Source of the DNA: Botryllus schlosseri
Lineage: Eukaryota
DNA length: 64,000 nt
Direction of reading: 5' to 3'
NCBI GenBank assembly: GCA_051294905.1
Contig: CM119386.1
Span: forward strand, 5,952,001-6,016,000
The notes beneath the pieces were generated by a model. It had not been told where the DNA came from and made no database searches. It saw only the letters and a list, made by a program, of their open reading frames with translations. Positions 13,577 through 26,600 of this stretch are shown in pieces. Within the stretch, counting starts at the first letter, position 1, and every line of letters starts with the position of its first letter. The position numbers and the translations under genes were made by a program.

Positions 13577-13893
13577 GGAGGCTAAAACGGAAGATCATCG
13601 AACGATTGGTCGCCCTCATGGGTTACACCAGCGTTTCGCGAACAATCCGACCATATGCAAGAGAGAGAGAGATATGATATTCTTTTTCGCCTGCACCATC
13701 GAGATGCTTTTGACGATACGGCCCCATGAGGAGGCTAAAACGGAAGATCATCGAACGATTGGTCGCTCTCACGGGTTACACCAGCGTTTCGCGAACAATC
13801 CGACCATATGCAAGAGAGAGAGAGATATGATATTCTTTTTCGCCTGCACCATCGAGATGCTTTTGACGACGGAGTTGCGATACGGCCCCATGA
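13577..13893 (+). repeat. Tandem duplication with a 153-bp unit
   Basis: Units start at 13577 and 13730, each with (AG)n; the second has a short insertion. Confidence 0.9.
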
Positions 13894-14458
13894 GGTCATC
13901 TAGTCTGCGCCCCCGTTTTTTTTCTCCTCCATGCTATCCGTGATTGCTGAGCGCCTAGCAGGATAGCTGCGGATAAAATTTTTTGAGTCTTTGGTATGAC
14001 CCGGCCGGGGATCGAACCCACGACCTACCGCTCGAGAAGCCGGACGCATAACCTCGCATAACCACTATCTCGCTCAGTGATTCTGATCGACATTTTTGTG
14101 GTGTATTGAACTGATAAAATTGCTAATAAACCAATGATGATGATGATGATCGATTGCTGGACGACTTGAAATCGACTAGTTAATTTTGCTCCGAGTCCCG
14201 AGTCGATCCACATTTCTGATAGCCGAGTCATCGTGTCATCCCAACACTGATATAGACTGCCCTGGACTAAAGTTACGTAGCTCATGCAAATCTCTGGCTT
14301 GAGGTATCGGATGACAAAATTCCATAGGCAAACACGTCACTTCACATCACTCACAGAATATCGAGAAATGAGTCATATTTATTTCGGCATTCTACGACGT
14401 CAATTGCATTTACAACTTTACTATAACAAAGTGCATCCACTACTAAATACAAAACTAA

Positions 14459-14679
14459 TCAAAAGCTACGGATATCGACGAATGATTCTCGTGACTCCAT
14501 CTGAGCCAGTTCCGACTCCAGCTCCGCGACGGTGGGCAATTTTTTTTCGGTTTTCCAATATTTCTCGAGTTCCTCAACCTTTTCCATGATGGTGTCCACC
14601 CGCCTACTCAGCACGTCGTGAGGATAATGTATGTATTCCGGACTTGCAAAGGGGGCCTCCTCCTTCACGGCATATTTCT
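14459..14679 (-). CDS. Polycystin-like gene: probable last coding exon (coiled-coil tail)
   Basis: Acceptor TTGCTGACAG| in phase 1 joins the donor at 16067; LSRRVDTIMEKVEELEK...SF-stop. Confidence 0.7.
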
Positions 14680-17600
14680 CTGTCAGCAAGCATTATCAAT
14701 CGTGACCAGGTTGTATAGAAAGTTCTCGTATGTACTGTACGTAGCTATTACCGACCACACTGAAGATGATCTCAGTTACCACCACAGTATTGATAATTGG
14801 ATGTGTTCGCGAGCATACCTACCTAAATAAAAAAGGTCATTTCTCCGCCCAGAGCTAAAGTCACCGTTTTTCGCTCCGAAATACCCGCCGGAGCATCGCT
14901 TCTGTGCTAGTTTACGGCATATCACTCGCAATTTGCTCTAAATCTGACCTAAAGATTCAAAATAGAGGACAAAATTTCAAAAAAGAGGACAAAAGGGCGT
15001 CCTATTTCATTGCGTTTTAAGATAATGATTGGTCACTACTTCCTCGAAATGTCACTTCCACCAACGTGCGTTTCTTTGCGATACATCACTGGTTCGCTAG
15101 CTGGCTCGAGTGAAACAAGTCTGAGGGAGAGGAGCGAAGTCTCGTGAGAGAAATTACGCATTTCTCGTGCTTGAGCAGGGCTGCGACCAAGTCGCAAGGT
15201 TCTGAGTCGCAAGTCAATCTCACTTTTATAGTTTTGACTCGAGTCAATTTTCAATTCATCACCGAATCAACTCCGAGTCAAGTCAGCGAGTGGTCATAGT
15301 GTTTTGACTCGAATGCGAGTCCAAGTCACTGCGTTCACTGTTCAGTTTTTAGTTGAAATCGGTCCAATCCACTTTTTTCAACTCTGGTCGAGTGATATCG
15401 TGATATAATATGGTAAATTCCCTCATCGTTAACAGTTTTAGCCCTATCTTCCATGTATCCGGAATGATAGACGAAATACCAGCAACGTGAGAACTTCAGT
15501 TTTCTTCGAAGTTACAATGAAATGTCTGTCTTGCCGTCCTAGTCTCGAGTCAATACAAAAATTGACTCGAGTCGAGTCATTTTGCGCATTTGAAAAAATG
15601 ACCCGAGTCAAGTCGAGTCAACAAAAAAATCGTGACTCAAGTCGAGTCATTACAACCCCGACCAAAACAGGCATTAAATTGTAGCTCCAGAGAATAGTAA
15701 AGTTCCACGTCATTGGTATTTCACCATTCATAGGGCCAGAAATTGTTAATGATGAAATGATGCATTCAGTATCATCCAAGCAGGGTTGAACTTGAAACTG
15801 AACGATGGTGAATTGGTGATGAATTGAAAATGACTCGCCTTGACTCGAGTCCAAGCTATAAAAATAAGTTGACTTGTGACTTGGAACCTTGTGACTTGGT
15901 TACAACAACCCTGTCTTTGACCACCTCCGAGTATAGAACAATATCGTCGATGATATTTTTAATTACAAAATGAAGTCATGCAAAATTACCACGTTAACTT
16001 GAAGTCTGCACACATATTTTCACTATTGTCATATCGTAATTGCCGGTAAAGTAAAACTCATCGTACCTTTTCGAGGACGAAGCGCGCTGGGTATGTAGGA
16101 GAGCAAGGTTTCCGTGATCTTTCGCTTCGCGAAGTCGACCAGCTCAAACTCATTGGCCACGTTTTCATTCTTCGCCTTTGCCTAGCAACGTCCAAAACAA
16201 ATTCACGACACTACCCTTAAGATCAGAACACGAAGGCTCGTACCGTTTTGATACTTTCGTCCAAAATCACCACGAACATGTTCACCAAGGCGATGCTGCA
16301 GCAGAACGTGAACGAAGTGAAGAACACCGGGCCGAGCATTCGGTCGGCGTTTTTCATTTCGGTGAAATCGAAACGGCCCAACATCATAACCAGCATCTCC
16401 TCGGCCTGACACAAAATCATTTTATTTCGACTGAATACAAATACAGAGGTCAGAGCAGCATCGTGGGTACTGGAGTACAAGTAACTCCGTAAATCCCTAC
16501 TCAATTACAAACTGGAAAGAAAGAATTAATGCAGAACAAGCAAATGATAACAAAATTGTGCACTGCTCAGATATATTTTCATGAGCTAATATGAAATTTC
16601 TAATATAATTATTTGAAATTTATATATATTACTTCGATCGAGTAATATATTCATATTGAAATGAGCCTGAATATTTTCGGCTGACACTCATCAGGGGTAA
16701 TCGTCAGCAACTAGTGGAGAATTGGAAAGAACGTTGTATATCAACAATCGAACCATAAAATATGACGTCACCGATGTGAAATTTCGAATAATCAGGGCGA
16801 AGAGAGCGCTAAAGCTCAATCTACTACTCATTTTACACGGTAAACGAACTCTTTCTGTCAGTACAGACTTGGTATGAGTATTTTGATAATAGTCGACTCC
16901 AAGACACCCGAATGAATGTGTGAACAGCCTCTAGAAGTGTATCTAAAAACAGGAACGCAGTAGCAAAAGGAGGTAACCCTACTTGAGTACTCTGAAAAGT
17001 AGAAACACATCGTCACTGACCACCTCCGATGGTCAATTAAAATGCACTTGCGACGTGTATAATGACATTTTAGATTTTGCTTGATATGACTTCGGTCCAT
17101 TTGCTGTGAGGAGATAGTTATTAGATAGTCCCTATTGGGAGATTTCAATTCCACTTTCTATTCACAAAACTTTCTCGTTTTATAACGATTGGCTACTACA
17201 AAATAGATAACGGGTCACTTACAGCCAGCAAGATCGTGCTGAAGGCGTAGATCTTCTGCTCAAACCACAGCCACGACAGGAACAAAAACGAGCAGAAGTA
17301 CAACATGAACATGGCCGCAAAGTACAGCAAAGGCACGGCCGATATCCGGAGGGTTTTCGTCAGCATTTGAATGCGAGTGTTGAACTTCAGCAGCTGAACG
17401 AATTTCACGATGGCAAAGAAGACCACGAAAGACACCATGAATCGGAACGTGTCGCTCCATAGCACGATAAACTGGAAGTTCAGGAATTTTTCTAAAAGCG
17501 AAACAGTTCCAGAATACAGATGAAAGTATGGCAAATTCATGAGACTTACCTTTGTCGGGATCTGTAGCCATTTTGTTTAATACGTACTGCGACTGTATGT

Positions 17601-20600
17601 GACGTATCGCGTAGAGCGGAATCAATATCAAGGACAGTATGGCGCTCACAAAATCGATGAAGTTCCAAAATTCCTTCAGGTAACGTAGTTTCTGCCGTTT
17701 CATCTCGAGGACAATCTGAAATGCAGGCAGGCGAAATAGAATTCAAGCAAAGATCGTTGGAGGAGTAGCACCTTTTCAGATGTGTCAAAAATACTTTAAT
17801 TGGAAGATAAAAGTCTAAAATTCTGGGCCATATCTTTCACAATACGAGCGGGTATAAAGACAAATTAGGGCTAAAGCTATAGTAACCACTGCAATAACCA
17901 AATCTCGACATACCCGGTACCATTTGTAGATAAGGACGAGTAGGAATGCCACGTAAATGCCAACCAAGACGTATCCCCTTCCGTCTATGAAGTCAAAAAG
18001 TCTCAGAGGATATATTTTCACGTACGGCTCGAAGGCCCCGTTTCCCGATCTTTCAAACAAAAGCACCACCGACCCGAACAGATTGATATTGGCGTTGTAC
18101 ACCTGGAAAAGAACGCAGGCCGCACATTATTATTTCAGAAAAATCATCAAGGTATGGCTGAATAGCACTCAAGCAAGTAGTTTAAAAAATAGTTTTAGCG
18201 GTTAATGGGAGATGCAGGGACTATTTCCCCTAATTGTCATGACAATTTTACCCAATACTACTTTATACTTTAAAAACGGAAACAGTATTGCTCAAGTCAG
18301 AGTGGCAGTAGTCAAAAACATAACAAAAACGATTGTGCGTACTCTAAAATAGTCGAAATACTTTATCACTGACGGGACCAGATCACTCCTGGATACAGTA
18401 TGGAAGCCTACTTAGCGTGCATTGGATTATGGACGCTCACTGTGAACTCAACAAACACAGCACTGGTATGCCGGTCAATCCAGTCCTGGCTCTTCAAGTC
18501 CCTAATGATGCTTCTCGATTTCCTGGCGGTATTCCCAAGCACGGCCGCATACCCACCGCCGCCGTACACGTGAAGTTTGCCTTCGAACGGAAAGCCTTCG
18601 AGCTCCCTGTAATAACATCATCGGCACAATAGCAGCAGTTAGCCAGTATGATATCAAATCGATCAAAGCTCTGGACTCTATGGTTACTAACAGGGAAATG
18701 GTTACCGATGGATCGTTTTCAGCAAGGAAGGTACAACCTTGCGGTATTTGGTCACATAATATCAAACTGTGGCAATCCTTACAGTGACAACTGTTTCCAA
18801 ATAGCGCTTACAAATGCAACACAATGGCACCAAATATACTCTTACTATTACGGCTATGGCAATGCTACATTTTGCAATTTCGAGAGTAAAACTCACAAAA
18901 AGTTCTGATACGTCCAAGGCGTCTTGTCCTTGTCTGCTGCTGGCGAGTAATCGCGAACCCAGAAAGGCAAAAAGTCTTTCGTCTCTTCCTTACCAAAGTC
19001 ATATCCGGTAATACATTGCTTCACGATCTTAACCGCTTCCCCCGGAGGAGTGCATTCGTCTGAAAACTTCAGATTTAGTGCTATGAACAACGACAGACTA
19101 AATACCAGACGCCATACCGTCCACAGATCTGATTTGTCTCAGCCTGGCGGGCCCGACTACGAAAGATTCGCGATTTTGGATGAAACGGCTTTCAGACCAG
19201 GTGACACGCTTGCCGTTGTACCAATTCTCAGCGAATAAACTTTCGATTAGGCTGGTTTCGGTCCAATCCCAAAAGTCGGCCATGGTACGCACCTGTGACA
19301 TTTTGACGTTACATCACAAGCAACATAGTGTACCTACCTCAGGTATATATATTATTCCGGAAACAGTTTTCAATTTTGTTAAGCGCATCCACATCCTCAC
19401 CCATTTCTACTTTTCTAAAATCCCGTACATGCATAAGCCTAACAATTTAGGAATAGGACGTTGTGAATTTTCGTCTTGATGTTGTTTTGCGGCACATAAA
19501 ACGACTCATGATATACATGCACACGACATGAGCATATGCATACCATGAGAGTATGCTGTGCAACTGGTCAAGGAAGGTTCAGAAATAGCCTTGCAAGGCT
19601 TTCTGTCTGCACATTCTGACAGCTCAGCAATCAAATTGAACTAAAACGACGCAAGCTCTGAATTTCAGCTTCTGTCAAATTAAAGATAAAATTGGGCGAA
19701 AATTCCACCCATTCAAACCGGAGCTACAAAATTTTTAAAGATGCACCATCACAAACGTTTGATCTCTATGATGTCGAGGTTATTCGTGATGGTTTCTTAA
19801 CCCTTTGCCAAATTTATAGAACGCATTTTGTCCGTTCTTGACGAGACCTCAATCTTATAGTCCCATTTCTTCAGGCATTATGTGTAAAGCATTTGCTGTG
19901 TCACCCACTTTGCAATCACAAACACACAGTTCGAAAGCAATCGCATAAACTCACATTGGTAAAAGGCAAGTCTCCGCTATCCACGAACACCTGAGAGAGC
20001 GATTTATGAAATTTGTACGCGTTCGGGTCCTTGGAACTGTTGCTGGCCATCAGCAGCAGAATCACGTACAAGATGTACGACACGATCTCGTACGCGGTCG
20101 AGATCATGCGGTTGCGTTTTTGCAGCCCAATTCGAGCGTCTTCCAGCAGTTTCGGGTCGGGAGGAAGCATTTTGTCGCGCAAATTCTCGTCTGCGCAAAA
20201 TTCAAGATTTTTTTCATTCAAGTTTTCAAGTAGAAGCAGAGATTTCCAGGACACGTAGAAGTATTTTTATTGGAAACAGAAGACGAAGGGTTTTAACAGT
20301 ACTCGGGTAAGCAGTCTCCAAAAGTAGATTTGTCATACTTTTTAGCAGGGTGGTAATCAATGTACCCCCTACGCTGCGCACGTGCGCAAATGCGCAGTGC
20401 TGACACGGTGTCTGCGCACAGAAAATCTAAGTTGAGCACAAAAAATCTGAAGTGATGACTTTTTCTTAGTCGTTACTCACTGTTTTGTAAGGGTCTGCGC
20501 AGTGAGTTGGTGAGTGTGCGCAGACTCGTCCAGAATTAGAGGGAACATTGGTTGTAATGACTCGAGTCATTTTCTGAAAACACGGAAATGACTCGACTCG

Positions 20601-23600
20601 AGTCGATCTGTGTATTGACTCGACTTGGACTGGAGTCCTTGCGCATGACTCGAAACTCAGGCGGCCAAAACCGACATTTCATCATAATTTCGAAGAATAG
20701 TAAAGTAACCACAGCGTTGGGATTTCGTCTATTGGCACAGGCACTTGCAAATGGGACCAGAAAGTGCTAAAAGTGAGAAAAATTAGGATAATATAAATGC
20801 CAACCATTCGATATCACCAAACAGAGTCATGACTATGGCAAGTTTTTGCAACTTTTTTTTACAGCTTCCATCAGCTTCCTAAATACTCCGAAGATATGTA
20901 GAATTCTGTTTTAAGCTGTTTGAAGGAATCTTATATTGCAACTTTTTGCCACTTTTGAATATTTTTTTCATGCAACTTTTTCGGTTTTTCATGAAAGTAT
21001 GAAAGTATTTTCGATTTTGGTGAAATACACGGCCACTTTTCTCTCCCTAGACAGACCTTGAGAACCATATATTTCTCATTATTTCACCCTCATCTGCTTT
21101 ATGGATTATGTGTATGGGGGAAGGCCAATCAGACGGATTTAAACAGAATCTGTGTCATCCAAAATCGAGCCATAAGAAACATATGTGGCATAGATTCTAG
21201 GTCATCTGCTACTCCTGGTTATTTAGCTCTCAGGATACTTAAGCTACCCGATTTGTATAATTATGAAATAGCCAACCTGATGCATAAATTCACAAACGGT
21301 AATATCTCCCCTTACTTTAATAGCTTGTTTCAGCAATCTTCCACTGTGCATGGGTATTCTACTAGATCATCGGAATCTGGTCATCTTTATGTTCACCGTA
21401 TGAACTCCAGACTGACCCAACAGTATATTGAACATATGGGCCCAAATATTTGGAATGACGATCCCGACAGTATCAAAGAGCTACCTCAGCATGAATTTAA
21501 AACCCAATACCAGGATTACCTTTTTTCAAATTATAATCAGAAATGAGAGTTTCTCTACTATCTAGTACCCGTTGATTTATAAATTATACATCTATTTATT
21601 GACTTCATATTGCTTTACCTAGTATGTTGCCATGGCTACTGTCTTTGTTATATATTTGTGTTTGTTATTTTCTTCTATTTGTGATTATTATTTTCTTTCA
21701 TGTTGCAGACTGTCCACTGTTATATTTATTGGGATGAGTGCACTGGATTATTTCACTGCCATGGAGGTGACGAGTAACAAGGCCTTTATAGGCCATATCG
21801 TCACCTCCAGTCAACTTTTTATGTTTGACGAAGCAATAAAATGTCTGTCTGTCTGAAATACCGTAAATCAGCACTGAAGTAACGCTCTTACGGGTAGGCC
21901 TATTTCGGGAGCTGAGCTGGAAAGTTTACCTTTTTTTTTAGTCAATCAATAGAGAATGCGGATGGAAAACTGTATTTCAGGAGTGAAACTGGGAAGTTGA
22001 CCTTTTTTCTTAGTCAACCGAGCAAAAGGTTGTCTTTTAGTGCAACTTTTGTGATAAAATAAATGCAACTTTTGTCAAAAATAAATGCGCTTTCCACGGA
22101 TTTAACTGCAACAAAACATGCCCTAGTCATGACTAGTGGGTTTAGCAGTCAAGACAATGACTTGGACTCGAATCATAATACCATGACTCGGACTCAACCC
22201 CCTGCTGGCGGACTTGGACTTGACTCGGTGGTGAATCGAAATGACTCGAGTCAAATCTATAAAAATGAGATTGAATAGTGACTCGGAGCCTTATGACTTG
22301 GTTACAACCCTGCCTTTTAGCAGTTAATCGAAGGTGGCTACGTTCCAAGTCGCGACAGGTATCTTTGTGACTAATGCAAAACGACTAAGGTTACTACCGA
22401 CAGCATCTACCTTCAAACATATATTTAGTAACCACACAGCGGCTATTTAACATGGCTTTATGACAATTCCACACAAAGATCAAAATTGTAGAAGTGGAAG
22501 TTAGAATCCAAAAATACCCAGAAAAAGTAGAATTAATTCTCCGAATCCAAATGTAAAAAGCGAGTAGTTTACCCTAAAAAAACATTTAAGTAGGAGTGAA
22601 AGCAGTTCAAAGAACTGCTCTGAATCCAAAAGTACCAACGACCGAACCAACCCAGTTCATCGTCGGGAAATCTCAATATCCATTCCTCCTGCGAACTCAA
22701 CTGCACGTGCAGCTGCTCCAAGTAATCCTGCTCCTCGGCCTCCTCCGCCTGCATCACTTCGTCGACCGCGCCGCTCACTTTGGAGCTGCTACACCTTTTC
22801 ACAAACACCGAGAACACGACCGCCATCACAACCACCTAAACGGACGCACAACGCTTGGACATGGCAGATTAATAATTTCAAATCCAAATCCTCGTCCTGT
22901 AATGATTCTTTCTTCTACAAATGACATAAAAATTGAAATCCAAGTCTAAATCCAGGTCCATTGGTTTTGTATTATGTCTGAATTTAGGTCAAAGAATCAT
23001 CCGAAAATTGTAGGATTAGTCGAACTTCCATGTCCCAAGTCCAAAAAATCATGAATCGAAAACCAGGTTTTTCAAATCTAAATCACGACGCTTACTTCCG
23101 ACGCTGCTGATATTATTTCGGAAACAAAATAATCCAATCGGTTACCTTCGCGGGTTGAATCAAAAACACGGACTGCACGAAAGAGAGTATTATCGCCGTC
23201 AGCCAATCGTTCGACCTCTCCGGACCCCACATGATGCTGTAAAGGAACACCACGCCCGCGCAGGCGGTGGTCGTCACTATCACGAGAGCCCACGCGATGT
23301 ACAAGCACCAATGGGGAAATTTGAATCTGTGAAGAGAGAGAGACAGAGATTTCGTCAACCCGAGTGGGTGCAGACAATAACGTTCGAATTTGCGGTAAAA
23401 TACAATGCTCGAACGGCATTGACCAGTGCTAATGATAGGACCATGACGATATTCATGTCAACCGTCTACCGTAGGTCTATTTGATTTTTCAAACACAGCA
23501 TTAAAAAGTGATAGATGATCCTCACATAATTTTGTGAAGATACACGCAATACTGTGTGTTGTGTGATAAGAGAAGAAATTTATACTTTAAAAACAATTAG

Positions 23601-26600
23601 ACTAATATAAGTAATATATTATACACAATGCAATAATAATAAATCGATAACCAGTAAAATATAAATATGAGACCAAACAAATACATAAACACCTTGAATA
23701 ATGCATCTAACAATAAAAGAAATACAAATGCTGAAAATATATATGAAAACGGACAGAGAAACATTGACCAGTATTAGTTTTTGTTGTTTTATTTTACACC
23801 ATGCTGATATTCCTTATTGTGTTTCCGTATCTGCCGACTAGTAGCACGGCCCATTCTTTTCTGAAACATCGCTTTCGAGAATAAGTATCAGTATCTGCTC
23901 AATAGAAGGTCCAACATGCATGTCAAGAACGAATGGAAATTGGGACGCGATTCATATCGAATTTTCTGTGACGGTGTCACACCCTACCCTTGTTTTTTCT
24001 CTGTCTTTTTATTCTCTTGTTCTTCCTCTTCATTTCGTATAGCGTTGTGAAGAGACGCGGTGGATAAAACGTTTTGGGCTGATTTCGACACGTAGTCCTT
24101 CCCGGATTTCTTCGGAGCCAGCTTTCGGAACATCTGACACAAATGAAGTCATGTTATCGTGCTGCTATCTCGTCCCGGCAAAGTGGATGAATTCTTGTTC
24201 CGAGTCACAAGTCAATCAGCCAAGTCGAGTCATTTTCAATTCACCACTGAGTCAAGTCCGAGTCCTAGTCAGTGAGTAGAGGGTCGAGTCCGAGTCATTG
24301 TATTGTGTTCACTGTTCAGTTTTGAGTTCAATCCGGTTCAACCCACTTTTTTCAACTCGAGCGATATGAAATGACTCGCATTGATAATATCATGATTTTT
24401 CTCAGTACAAACAGTTTCTGGCACTATTTTTCAAGTATCAGTGCTGATCGCCAAAATTTCAATAATAGTATTCTTCGAAGTTGCAATGAAATGTCTGCCT
24501 CGGATTCTTGGCCGTCCTAGTCATGAGTCATATGACTTGGTTCGAGTCATGCACAATGACTCGAGTCAATACACAAATCGACTCGAGTCGAGTCATTACT
24601 AGAGCCATTAACACCCTAGCTACTTGCACTACTTGTTCTATTTGGTTAGAAAGCAGTTTAGTGTAAGTTTGTATCGCTTTTATGGGGCATGAAAACTGTG
24701 CATGAAAACCCCTATCATGATGATGAAATATATGTTTGAAGAATGCGTCCTATTCGTAGCTTGCCATTCTTCCTTTTGTGTTAGTCATGAGGATACATAT
24801 TGCAATTTCAAAAGCGCCCCCTTTTGATGAGCTGCAGAAACGATACCCCCTCGACCAAATCCATTTTCGGAACCAATTACACAAGCAATAGCCTGACCTT
24901 TTATTTTCCTTTTCTAGTTTTTACGTGATTTACAAGTCGACTAAGGAATTCCTACTCAAGCGTTGCAGGTTTATCTGGGCTCCTCCTCGCCATGTGATCC
25001 GCGTAAGCGGTGTCATATAAAAGCCCACAAGTGGATCTTGCTACACGTCGGTAAATATGGATTAAAAATAAATAATATCGGCCTGGTGTAAAATGACCAA
25101 TGTAATCGAAACACCATGAATATGAAACAAACAAACATGTCGCTGCTGAAGAGATTCAATGTCCTAAACATAAAAGATATGCGAAAACAAGAAATCGCCA
25201 ACTTTATATATCAGTTCCACTGCGGTCATTACCCTGAATATTTCAATGACTGCTTTACCCCGGAATCAAAAGAGCACAAGTACAACACACGCGTGTCCAC
25301 GTCGTCCAAATATCATATGATCGACAGAAAAGATGATCGCTTTATCAAATATGCCGGACCCGACGTGTGGAACAGTATCCCGCCGGCCATCCGATAGTCG
25401 ACGCGCATGCCCACATTCAAGTCGAAATACAAACAATTTCTAGTAAATAAATACTAGTCCGCCCTTAAGATTACAGGACCACGACCTGACCTATCGATCT
25501 CGCCTCCCGTGACGTGCCACCCCTTTTTTTTGTCGCTTTTTATTATACCATCTTCTTTTACTTTTCGTTCATTGTGCATGCCTCTTCTCTACATCACATA
25601 CGCCAAGGTGGGTGTCTGTTTCCAAGTCGTTTCGACACCTTCCTATCTTATCATTGTATCGCATTTTTGTGGTGTATTGAACTGATGAAAATCGCTAATA
25701 AACCGAAAGTCTTAGAAATCGCTATTTCTACCTGTACTTGACCATCTCTGTGTTAAACCATGATTAGTGCAAGAAGATCCCAAATAGGAAGAAATACTAC
25801 GTTGGGGACCACCTCTGAATAGATGGCATTACCTGCACAATCAATATGTTAACGGGAATCACAATCAGCGAAGATTGAACGCTCACGATAAGCTGCTGTA
25901 CGGAAAACTTGATGGGGCCTGCAAAACAAGCGTGCTGTAAAACGGTACTTGGGACACAGTCTGCGACGAGCGAACCTATTTCTAATTTTCCTTGTTTGTC
26001 CGAGTCCTCGGCTTCCCGCCCGTAAAACATGGCACTCGCCACCATGGTGCAAAGTAGAAGGGTCACGCCGCACGCCAGTCTTTGGACACGGGTGAAATTG
26101 CTCTTGGTAGGTCTCGAGAACACTGCAAGCAATGCAAGGTTTCTTTGGTACACGCTTTTGGTATACACACTTAAGATGCACACAGTAACAGAGCAGGTCA
26201 AAGCATTCATCGTTGCGATTTACTACCTACTGAAGTTGTTATGCTTTTAGATTGCTACCACTTCTTCTAGCTTTCATTTTATAGGCAAAACTAGCCCTCG
26301 AATACTTTCTTTTTGCAGAATTTGAAATTTGAAATTTGATATTTACAAATCCAAATGTTGTTGCGGATTTGAGATTCAAATCAAAGTCCAAGTCACAGTC
26401 CAGAGTTCATTTCTTATCACGCCCAAATCCATTAACAAATCAAATTTATTTGAAAGTCGCATGAAAATGGAAAACTAGCCCAACACCAGCTCGGAAAAAA
26501 TCGCAAATACAAATGCGATTTAGAAAATTGAAATCTGTTGAATGTCTTTGAATTTGGAATCCTTATCAGCTCATCACAGATAGAACGAATTTACAAATAT

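Noticed and set aside
13577-13893. CRISPR-like or coding repeat
   Set aside because: It is only two ~153-bp units with no spacers, in a eukaryotic context; the ORF is an artefact of the duplication.
24823-24850. TTGATGA-GCTGCA-GAAA hammerhead-like string
   Set aside because: It lacks C3, stem I and a valid stem III/UH site.
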